Under the pieces are notes generated by a model. It did not search any database. It was not told the origin of the DNA and saw only the letters and a list, made by a program, of their open reading frames with translations. Of a DNA stretch of 64,000 bases, positions 14,901-26,600 are shown piece by piece. Origin of the DNA: Tubulanus polymorphus (lineage: Eukaryota > Animalia > Nemertea); assembly GCF_964204645.1 (NCBI RefSeq), contig NC_134030.1:5312778-5376777 (forward strand). The letters are read 5' to 3'. The stretch's first letter is position 1, and each line of letters opens with the position of its first letter. Both the position numbers and the translations under genes were made by a program.

Positions 14901-15958
14901 CCAAGCGACGCACTGAACATACGCAGAACTCGAAGAGTCATCGGGCTCCGATTCGATCTGATATACGACCAGGAAATCGACATTAAATCGTATAATCAAC
15001 ACATTTCTTTTGCATATTAGAACTCTACACCGTGCAGTCCAGCCAACGAACAAGTTGGCACCGAGGTTCTTGTCGAATAACCTACGAAAAAAAGTTATCA
15101 AGATATATTCTTGAGTGAATTGTGACGCATCAAAACTCACGATGCTACTATCAGTACTGCTCTAAATACTCCGAACCTTTTGGATCTCTTTTAACAGATT
15201 CAGACGTTTTACTGACGAGGCGTGAAGGGGATATGGTTTTCTAGTTAATGGACCAAAGGCAGACTAATACAGGTACGTAGCTGCAATGAATAAGTTCGCG
15301 CATGCGTAAATAACTTATATGATGTATCGGCCATATTGGTGGCGCGTGCATCGTGGCCACTGTCGCGTCCTTTTAGTTTTATTTTTTAAAATGTCTTGTA
15401 GAAAGAAATATTACCGTTTGATATCACAAATTATTTGGCGTGGTCTTCGCTTGCGTGTCGTTGTCAAACGCGGTTGTAAACATTGGCCAGAAAGTTGTTT
15501 TATTACTTCATATGCGTTGTTAACACAAAGAAACCAGATGCTTAATCCTTGTAAATTTGAAACGGTTTCCTGATGACGCCCGCGGTGACAGCTGGCCACT
15601 TAAAATCTGACTTTTATCTTCTTCGAGAAAAGAACTAATCCGACATGTTGTCCGCGTAAAAGGGAAGGTGTGGCGACAGAATGGCCCAGAATCGACATCC
15701 ATAACTAAATACTTCTAGTTTAAAAATTGTCACATATTAAAAACCATCTGGTTCGGTTCTAAATCACCTTTAAATTCACTCTATTGTTCAGAGACACGAG
15801 AACAACGATGTACGCATAATCATAAAATATTTCATTCAGTCACGACACTGATATTTCTACTTCTGTAAGACGCGTGCTGGGATACATTTATCCAATGTAA
15901 TGAAGTCGATTCATTTCACATTGCAGACCACTACGAGAGCAGTAAAATCATCCACTAC

Positions 15959-16152
15959 TATAATTGAGACCCTTCCCTCCCATAGGGCATGTTATTCTTA
16001 GCCCAGAACTTCAGACCAGGAACTATCAGAGGCGATACAAAATATGCAATTTAACTCCTCGGGACTTGAACTACTGACCTACAAGGTGTTCTACTGACTC
16101 CGTCACTATTTACCTTGTTGTATAATTGAGACCCTTCCCTCCTCTAGGGCAT
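15959..16152. repeat. ~32-bp direct repeat (15959-15990, 16121-16152) bracketing a possible SINE fragment
   Basis: TATAATTGAGACCCTTCCCTCC..TAGGGCAT occurs twice; GGGACTTGAAC between the copies is a reverse B-box-like motif. Confidence 0.65.
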
Positions 16153-18919
16153 CTAATTCAATCTCTAACGCTCTAGGAGGTTTATTTATATAAGGGATAT
16201 ATCTTAATGGCTAATAAAAATTCTATAAATATGTATACATGTTTTTTACCTGAATTTTTGTTTATGAAACTTTGAATCGAATCGGTAGAAACTGATAGTA
16301 CTCTGTAGGTTAACGTGATTTCGATGAAATCAAGATAATTTGATTTTGATGAAATCTAGTAAACCTTTAAAGTTCTGTCGGTCTTCGCGTTTACTGTCAT
16401 AACACCAGGTCAACACGGCTTTCACAACTCCTACTTATCAAGATAAAGATAGTTTTGGACATCTCGAATGAATAAAATCAAGTTAACTTTCAAAGAAGTA
16501 TTTCCTTTACGTTTACAGTTTTTCTTTTCAAAATTGTCGAGGGTATTCGGATCGGATTGACCGACCTGAACGTACATTCATCAGGACGCGCAGTGATCAT
16601 TGTGATCTACGAGTTTTAATATCCCATCCGGGATGACTGGTTGTTGACACAGACCGTACACTGACCACACATCGGTGCTTGTTAGTAATACGAACCGATT
16701 GCGACCTGTGAATTAGGCTACAGGATATGAAAACCCATAATCCATCCAGGCTTGAATATCAACTAGCAAAGACACCTCGACAAGCAGCAGTCGTGCATGT
16801 GTGAAAAAAACCGTCGCAGAAACACGTTTAAGTTATACCATGCAATCATTCCCTAAATGAATTGTAGATGAGCTATCCGGCAAATCATAGGTCTCCAAAC
16901 CATTCGAGTACGTGCTATATCTTAGTAACGTGAACATTAAAAGTCATAATCTAAAATTATCGAATTCCGCCTTTCGTTAAGAGTAGTCGAAGGGTTTCTT
17001 TGAGAACAGAATTTTCGAGACGTTAGATGTTATTGGTTCCGCGTTCTGTGAAATAATGATCGCCAAAAGGTAGATGACATTTACAATAGTCCCGGAAGGT
17101 GCATTTATATGTAGGTATTGCGAAAATTGAGAATATTATACGTTCAGTTAAGCGGGATAGAGCCAAACGACTATTAACCGGTAAATTACGCGGCAATTAT
17201 CCGTGATTTAACCGACAAGTGCTGTCAAATCATTCCCATAAACATCCGCTTATACCAGAACAGGTAAACTATCTCATATATAAGTCTTAAGTTATCTCGA
17301 TCATGGACAGAATGCGCCTGTTTGAATATACGGAGCCAGGCTCCAGTCTTCTGTCAAAGAAACTCGGCTAGACGGCATTTTCTTGTATGAAGCCGTTTTT
17401 ATCGTATGGATTTGTTAGGGCCACGTCAGACATTCGCAAATGTAAAAATGGCAGCGGTGAATTCGCCTAAAAAAAATCACGGAGGTGATTTGTCGCCAAG
17501 TGGCAATATGGAAGACACTCGAGTCAATATTATATCACATCTATTTGCCATACGACACATTTGTGGCGGATCTCCAGCTGTGTCACACACGCCCGTAGCC
17601 GATCTAAATCACTGCTCGGTGCGTATGAGGGCCTCTCACCGACACGTAATCACCCCTCGGGGAGCGTTCCCGATACAGACAACAGCGCTGGTAGCACACC
17701 TGACTAATGACCTAGCTGCTGTCGGTGAGATGGCCGTCAGAGAGCATTATCTCACAGCTACCGAACGAATTAAGACGGGAACTGGGGACGGTAAGCTGTG
17801 GCATCGACGCTCGCTAATAGTCCCCGAGAACGGTTGGTTTTGAACGGCCTTGCGGTCGCACAAAAAACACAGAATCTCGTCACCGGAATGCTGGAAAGTG
17901 TATGGCGATTTTCACGTAGTACCCAGTGATTTTTTTCTAGATTATTTGCACGGGAAAAACCAGTCAGAAGTACTCGGTACTTAACCAACGATCTATAACC
18001 AGTTTACGTCATGCGTAACAATGAAATGTGAAATAGATACATTCTGATCCTGAGTTTCTGATCATGTGATTGCGCTCCCTTATGACCGGTTTGTATAGAA
18101 GACATGCCCGTCGCGGCGAACATCAAAGCTCGCCTCTTCGCACATCGAAAAACGCTAATGAACTATACTGTCGATATGGCTTTTTTAAAAATGAGAATTT
18201 CGTCGTGTTTACCGGTGATTTCAATTATTATATGGGCGATTACCGGTATCGGGGGAGTGATAAACGAAGCATTTCGTCGTATTTGCTACATATGATCGGA
18301 CTGACGATTCAATCAAGAAATGATCATTATACCAACAAACCAGATGTACATTGCGATCTCTTCTGTTATAAAGTCATCTGCGGTAGATTACATATACTGA
18401 TTTATTTGCGATCCCTGGTCGTCAGAATGCGGCCCGAAGTTTCCCCCGGTCGGTCGTTACCAGTGTCCGGTTTCAACGCGATACGGTAATCACTTTTTGT
18501 AAAAGGTATACTTTTACATTCAGAGATGATATCAAGAATGTAGGAAATCGCTGCTGTTTCATTTTTCGGTCACAAAGATTAGAAGTTTTTTAAACTCAGT
18601 GAGACAGGTAGCTCCCTCTCTCAGTCTGGGATCAAACTTATGAATAAGTATGCTATATTTCTCACGCGTTTCAATCCAGTTGTAACTAAAGCGAAACTAG
18701 CGTGGCGTTTTCTAGCTGCATAGCTCTGTTTCACCGTGAAAACTTAAAGAAAAGGAAAACGATGACTATCAGTGGCCTTGATGATAAATGAATATACTAT
18801 AATAAACTACGTTTATCTATAACTATACAATTCAATGAATCTAAAGTAACAATGTAATCCTCAGTAAATGAAGTAAGAATATAAGCCCTACAGGCTTGAT
18901 ACAGATATCACAATCGACA

Positions 18920-18939
18920 TAGAGAGAGAGAGAGAGAGA
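18920..18939. repeat. (GA)n microsatellite
   Basis: Directly visible; a similar GATA/GA run lies at ~885-905. Confidence 0.9.
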
Positions 18940-20804
18940 CTCAGGATTATTTATTCAAATCTTCACGCAAACGTTGCCATTAAATGTCATCATTCACCTG
19001 CCAGTCAATATTAGCGACGATATGTTTACACGTCGAAAGACAAAGGCTCGTTAGCGGCGATCTCATCGCTCCGGCCAGCCCGGTCCAGTTTGTTTTCCGT
19101 CGGTTCGGATCTAGCAGTCATTGATTTATGTGCGCGTCCGGTGTCGACAAATGGCGATCTGAACGGCCTGGTAGGACATTAAAAACGTTTTTTCGTCACC
19201 ATATGAATACCGGTAATATCACCTCGCTGAGAATTAATGTCCGATTTTATTATCTCCTAATTTCAGTGTTGATATCAGTGACACGCACTAATCATCACAG
19301 ATTATATTTCCCAATTTTTGCCCGAGAGCTAGAAGCATAATATTCTCAAAAATCAGTTTCCATCCCGTTCATTGTTCTCAGTAAATGGTAAATGGCAAGA
19401 AAACACTATATGAGTAGCTCGACATTCGGGCGATGTGTAGAAAGCATTGCAAATTACAATGTACAATTCAAAATCTTTATACTTCTTTGAATTTAGAATA
19501 ATTCGAATATTTTCGTCAATTTTAAATCTGCAATCGCCGTAGGTTCTTGAGTTTTGGTCCTATTTACGCATAATTCATGCATATGCATGTATCGTTTGCT
19601 TTCAAAGTTTGCAACCAAGGTTAACAAAGCATCTCATTGATGGTCTTTAAAGTCCCCAAACCGAACTTAATTTCAAGTCGTTGTCGTCCAACACAATCTA
19701 CAAGATCGAGTCGGCCATGTTTGTTTTTGAATATTGCCTACGAGAAGTTTGCAGTCGTAAAAACCACCAAGGATTAAGATGTCCTTGTCGCATATAACCG
19801 CCAGTTACGAGCATCATCTGGTACTGAATGCCCGAACAGGACGCGATTTACCGGGTAAATCTTAGGAAAGGCGTCACGTTACGAAGTGAGTGCTACCTGG
19901 GGACGAATTATGCCATGCAGGTTGTCATGTTTTCATTCAGCGTCCACGTATCCCCGCTAAATCAAATACTCAAAAATACTTCTACTCAGTGTGAGTGCGC
20001 AAGGCATTATCTTGGTGTCCATTTCCCTTTTCAATCTAAAAGCAATTCTTCCTCATCTATACGTGTTACTTGATAAATATCGTAGCAGTTAGTTCTCAAT
20101 GTGATGAAGACAGTTCAGTGATGGAATTCGCCGCTTCGTGGGTTCTTTCCGAGCTGTTTTATTCAGTATAAACACATTCATTATTTCCATCCGTGAAAAA
20201 GGTCGCATCAGATGGTAGACAGGTAAATCATGTTTTTTTTTCTCGAAAATAACTTTTTAATACCCGTATGGAGAAGAATTATATATGTAAAATTCATTTG
20301 TCATGCAAAAGTTCTCTTATGTAAATCCTGAACTCCAAAAAGTACTTTTATGTATGATAGTAATTGTTATTCTGTGATCTAGACACTTATCGTCTGGTTT
20401 TGAAAAAAAGTTAGGATTTTCACAAGTCATTGGTACCGCTGTTGGATTCTAGATATCCATAGACCATGGAATTTCGTAGACAGTTTATATAATGCAGCCA
20501 TACAGTTAAAGAAGGAAAGTAGGCTAAAATATACACGACAGAAATATCAAACCGTAGTTACGTATATATGAATAATGTAATTCGTTAAAAAGCTTGGTAT
20601 AGAAATCACGAATCAATTCATCATATCACATCTATTATTGATTATATAACCAGCATAAAGTGAATACGTGCTCATATTTGGAAAAATAATACGTAGCATA
20701 ATTAGAATAAGTTGCAGTTCATCCTTTATTTTTGGGGTGATTTAAACACTGGCGACGTCTATTTGACGGGAACTTTAGGATTTATTCAAATCAAAAAATC
20801 GACT

Positions 20805-21000
20805 AGTCTCATAAACCACGATAAACACTCATAAACAGCAGTCGTAAACCTATCGCGCCCGCCTTTATGCAAATCTAGACGATCGCACCGGCTGACCCGG
20901 GCGTCGGTGACGTCACAAAACTTCCGGGAACGCTTGTGAATATGCATGCTCGTAAAAAAGTCGTAAAAGCGATGGATTAGTTTTGTTAAGTAAATCAAAG
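20805..21000. promoter_or_regulatory. Candidate enhancer: homotypic posterior-Hox/Cdx site cluster plus CRE, STAT, octamer and Pbx-Hox motifs
   Basis: CTCATAAA x2, GTCGTAAA x2, CTCGTAAA, TTTATGCAAAT, TGACGTCA (20908), TTCCGGGAA (20922) and GTAAATCA (20990) within 195 bp. Confidence 0.6.
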
Positions 21001-22605
21001 GGCGTTGGTCTTTGGAATTCATAAGCATCGTTTGCATATCCGTACATGATAATCACTTACTTCTCTGGACGTCTGCAAGTGCGCATTACATCCTGAATGA
21101 TATTTGACTGAAGCAGCAGCGGGGAGTTGGGGTTTTCCAAAAGATGATTTATCATCGAAGATTAATATCTGAATCGTCTACATCTGGCTTCTATGTATTA
21201 ACCCTATAATAGGTAGAGACACGGATGGATTTAGTCCTGAGGCGTCCAGACTAAATCTGAGGGCGCCTCGAAATGTCAGCCTAACGAATTCTTTATTGAC
21301 CTCTACCATTGAAAGTTCAATTTACACGCAATTTCGCATGAAATTTTGAAGGGGTTTGTATAATTCAATTCAATTTTCTCCATTAAGTGACTCTTGTTCA
21401 TAATTTCCCTACATTTTCTAGAAAACTTCTGTTCAGGACTTCGCCACTCCAACACTCGCACGTTTTGTTGTCACACGAGTCCTTCCTCTTACACCTCTGG
21501 ACATCCTTTTGAATTTTCCTTGATCCGTCCTTTACACAGATTTACAAATTCATGATATGAACGTAATATAAAATTCATACGGTGGACATTTTCATTTTGC
21601 TTAGCTGATTTTCCAAGACATAAAAATTGGTCCGAAACTATTTATGCCCGTACACCTCATGCATTCGTTCCCACAAGAAACCTTATTTGATTGCCATTTT
21701 TAAATTTTAGTAAGTTTAGGAATTGCTACGGGTGTCGATTATTGGTTCTAGCTATTCCTACAAATTGACCTTATTTTGTTAAATAAATAAGAGTCTCCGT
21801 CCGTCTTAAATTCATGTTATCAATTGACGTAAAACTATAGCTATTTTCAATACATCTTACAAACCGTTGAATGTTTGAATGCAATTTCAACATATATTTC
21901 TATATCGGATACTTTATAAGATGAACCAAATGCTGTTATTAACAAACTAAATTAAGCTGTTTAATATCGGTTTGTGAAAATATATAAAGGCTCTTCTCTA
22001 GTTTCAGAGGGAGCAATACACCAAATAACTTCATAATTCTGTCTGACTTTGCTGCTTTAAAAGCTGAATATCATGGCGACGTTTTTACAAATGGAAGAAG
22101 ATGATATCATTGATGAAACACTATAATGTCCGTAGAGTGATGATATGAAGATGACTTATACATAGTCAAAACATCGATATTCGGGATGCCCCTAGTCGAT
22201 TCATTAGCTTTAAGGAAACATTTTGGACTCCATATTTTCTCGTTTTATCAGTGTGGGATTCTCTTTTTGAAATGATATCTTTCTTAGCAAATTTTGTCAC
22301 TAAAATATATTTTGATGGACGATCCGAGCTTTATTTTTGAAATAACTTGGCAATGAACATTGAAACAGATCAACCAGCAAACACGCACAGGAAAACCGTA
22401 ATTGTTGATGGCAAATATTGTTTGGTGGAGACGCCTGGATATTTTAACGATTCAACATTCAATATTTCAGTTAAATTCAGAAATATTGTATTCATCTATA
22501 GTTGTGAAATGAAATACGTAGTAACCAGAATGGACGAGCGAATTTTCTCTGAAGTCGAGCAAAGGAAATTCGCATAATTTGCAAAATCCAAAGAAAAGTA
22601 ACGCA

Positions 22606-22971
22606 AATTATTTACGTACTATTCAAATAACTAACTTCAATGATTTTTCGTGGCGCAAATATTAGTATTTATACAGTCAAAAATGTGTAACAATTAGACT
22701 CAAAATGGTAAACCAGTTAGTAATGGTTTCTACAAATCGCCAACGTTAATTAGTTCCTTCATCAAAATGACTCTATTTAATCAGTTAAAAGTAAGATAAA
22801 TTATTTACGATTCACATAACTAACTTCAATGATTTTCGATGTGCAAATATCTGTATCATTAAAGTCGAAAATTTATTACAATTTGACTTATTTTGTAAAG
22901 AGTAAGTAATATTCTATGAAGCGCCAACGTTACTGATTTCCTTCTTCAAAATAGCCCGATTCAATCGGTTA
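22606..22971. repeat. Diverged tandem duplication, unit ~190 bp
   Basis: Shared blocks aaattatttacg, ataactaacttcaatgatttt, gcaaatat, cgccaacgtta, ttccttc.tcaaaat in two successive copies. Confidence 0.85.
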
Positions 22972-23534
22972 TTTTTACAGTGCTCTGCGCGTACAAAACC
23001 AAATTCGAACAATTTTCTGAAAATTATGACGTCAATTCTCCCATCGATTCTCTCAGTTCATTTCATTCACGTGTTCTGAACTGAATAAATAACGGAAGAG
23101 AAATTCTCTGAAATAAGATATAATTTCAAACGACATTGTTGCATTATCTGAAGAAAGCTATAATTTTCGAGACGAATTTTTTTCATACAGTTTCAAGAAT
23201 CCATCCGCGCGCGCTTCGGTGGATTCACTTTTGAAAACGATTAGAATTTCGATTCACTGAATGCGATCGTTCTTAAACTCGAAGATTTATTCGTTACTGT
23301 TAAGGACAGCTCTAGCCGATTAAATTTCATAGCGATTATGATTTATCTTCGTATTTCGTTCGTAAAAAATAGCACAGAAAAGTTCGTGTCATTGAGTGCA
23401 TCGCAGTCTGTCTGCAATGGGGGTAATTTGGGTAGTAAAAAGTTATATTTTATTTGCAACTAGTGGCTGTAGATATTGCGTTAGTTCGTTCCATTTAGTC
23501 ACGTGCTTAACCGTACCACCATCGACGGTGTATC

Positions 23535-23615
23535 AATGCGCGCGGCATTCGTGCCGCCATTTTGTATTAGTCCGCCGATGTTTTGGCGCGCTCCGATTAC
23601 CGACCAATCAGAATA
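23535..23615. promoter_or_regulatory. Promoter-like / Polycomb-element-like CpG-rich module
   Basis: YY1/PHO GCCGCCATTTTG (23553-23564), E2F-like TTTTGGCGCG (23581-23590), NF-Y CCAATCAG (23604-23611). Confidence 0.45.
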
Positions 23616-26600
23616 GCGCTCGAATTTCTGTGAATGAGCAGCTTAGTATGCACTCGCTAACCTCACGCGCATGCCGCCGACGAGCAATAAATTAAATCTT
23701 CAAATGCATCGCTTACTGGGGACAATTCGGGTGACAGATTTACGTGATCATCCCGATTTTGGCAGTTGAAACGATCGAATGCTGCCCCTAGTCCAGAAAA
23801 TGCATGTCGGGCGTCGTCTGGTTGAGGTTGTGACACACGTGAGAAAATCCTTGGCTTCCATGACACATTTAACATTGCGTAACTAGTAAAAATTCAAAGC
23901 TGATGATGGAACATGCTGATGGCACATGATCTAAACAAACCTACCGCGCCATTCCCGTCAGTGTGCTGCCGCTGATCTTTTTTGGCAAAAAGACCATCGA
24001 TTGCCGAAACTGACCGTATACGCTAAACTTTGGATGTTGAATGAGCGTTTTACTCCCGACGAAATGTTAGATTCATTTTTCGTTGAATTCAGTAGTAATA
24101 TTCTAGGTAAATCATAATAATTACCGTATTTATGGTCCTATCTTAAACATCCGGTGCCGTAAATTTCCGAGTACTTTCTCATATCTGAACCACTGTTGGC
24201 CAATCACGAATATAATGGCCGGCGCATTACGATGTATTCACTGTCAAAAATTAAGTTAACTAGCCTTTCTACCCCGTCCTGTTGTCTCGTCAGACAGGGT
24301 CTGCGGTCATAAAACCCGTCGGCCAGCCTATGAGGGGCTTTACGGCCGCTAAAACAGCCGAATTATAGTTTTAGAGGGGGTTGTTTAGTTGCGTAATAAA
24401 ATCGACCAGTCTCGAAACGATACACGGCATAAAGTAGTAGCACCATTCAAATTTGATAACGCACTCATTGACCTGAAATAAACAAAGTTGTAAAGAACAC
24501 GGAACGAACGAAGCCATGCAGTCACCGGATGGAGCACCGCTCGTGTAGACTGGACCGGGGGCCGGTACGGGTATAATATTCATCTGCTCTCTAGGATTAT
24601 CTACTGGACTACAAACAACTCGAGGATCTGTTCAATATTTCAAACGGAATACTTAATCGGAAATTCGAAAACATTATCGTGTGGAAAATAACGACCATGC
24701 TTCATTTTTGCTGCGCTACTCAGACGCGGGGTCGGTAAGTACAGTTATTTCACTTTTGTAAACTTCTATACCAGGCTACTATAGAATCGAGATCCACACC
24801 GAAAAACGAGTGTAAAATCAACATAGATTGATGAAGGAAATAAAGGAAATGTTTTCTTATCACATTATTTCTGATTTTATCTGGCTGGTAACCGTGCAAA
24901 TCGCACGACTCGTCCGACGGTTGTTTACCAACTGGTCAATCGTTCCCGATGGTACAGCGTCATCGCCCGACCTAGTCCATAACCCAACCAAACCCGACGT
25001 TCATCAGAACCAAAATGTCTAACATTTCGCACAAAGCAGTCGTCTACTTGTTTTGAATCTATGACAAAGTCCCCAAAAGGTATCTGCGATGATCGTCTCA
25101 GACGGATCTTTGTCAACAAAAAGTAACGTTATTCATAATCAGTCCATTAAGGCGGATTAAGTCTTGATGGAAGACGTCTGATATAACCGATCTTCACGCT
25201 ATGACCGGATCGATGATACCACCTTCCATAGCGTTATACTGTAGAGGAAACAGGTAGGTTTTACTGAAGGTTAAGTCCCTTGTGTAGCAACCAGGTCAAC
25301 TATATTATAGAATATATGCAATAATGTTTATTAAACAGACAAAAATACCAAAATTTGAACTATCACCCGTCGCATAGCCTCGAGATGACCGGACAGCCAG
25401 TGCCGTTGAGTATATTGCTACCCATAAAACCATTGAATTGTCTATGTCATACGTAGATTGGCTAGAAGTGGGTTGTAAAAAACTTACTCATTGAACTTTA
25501 TTGCTGCCTATAGGAAATACAAAATGGAGGCTGATGGAAAATAGTGTAGAAAACTGCATCCGACCTTCGATATAAGATCCTGAGGCCAGTTTCGTGGGCC
25601 AATCGTACTAGAACCAAAGGGTTAATTCACCTATTTCTCAATTTATCTCAGCGGGTATATGATATGCTATAGGCTAAATAAACTCAGCTATGGAACTGGC
25701 TCCACGGTGTAAAGAAATAGATGCCGCGAATAATTAGTTTCTATTGCGTATCCTTTCATTAAAAATAGATCTACCAGTAGTGCTGGCAATCAGCTCTATT
25801 TCCGAAGTTTACATAAGCTTTTATACGAAATTAATCTTGCTAACACAGGATTGTTGACTTAGCTGTAAGTGTAAAGCTATCCAATGGCGTCAGCTAGACA
25901 ACATGGCTGACTTCAGAGCGAAGAACGCAATATGACTCGGAACTTCTGACAAAATATTCAATGGATTAAACATACATATTTGATATAATATTCATCACAA
26001 ATTGGAGTACTCCTATTATGCTATGATACTTGCAATGTCTGTTTCAAGTCCCAGATAAATGTTACGAATTGATAGGCCTACCATATATTTAGTTGTGAAT
26101 ATGAATATCATATACAATACATATGACTGTATTGTTTTGTTTCTGTCAATTTGATATTCTCATGCCATCTCTTTCATGTATGTTTCAAAGGTTTTAGACG
26201 GGAATCCATTTTTTCACCGATTGCGAATAGAAAATTCTCATAAGGCCATTGATAATTAACACTGTTGACAACACGAGTGTCAGAATGGCGCCTAAATGTT
26301 GTCCACTTCGACGACTTTACCTATTAGATCTATTTCTTGCCTTATATGGAATGTTTATCTCGCACATATAATCATAATCATTTCACGTAATCATAGCACG
26401 GATTATCAGTATATTTTATGCAGAATTAGAATGAATCGTTCGACTGACTCGACAACAAGCGGGTCAGAGCAGTGCTTCGGAGCAAGTCCTACACTGAATG
26501 GGACATCTATTATGCATTTTTATGGTAATACAGCGACATCAGGCGACGCCTTCGCGATATTATACCAGTTTACTTATGTAAAACACGCCTTCGCAGCGAA

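Noticed and set aside
17406-18489. 145-aa and 139-aa intergenic ORFs
   Set aside because: No recognisable motifs or splice context; lengths compatible with chance.
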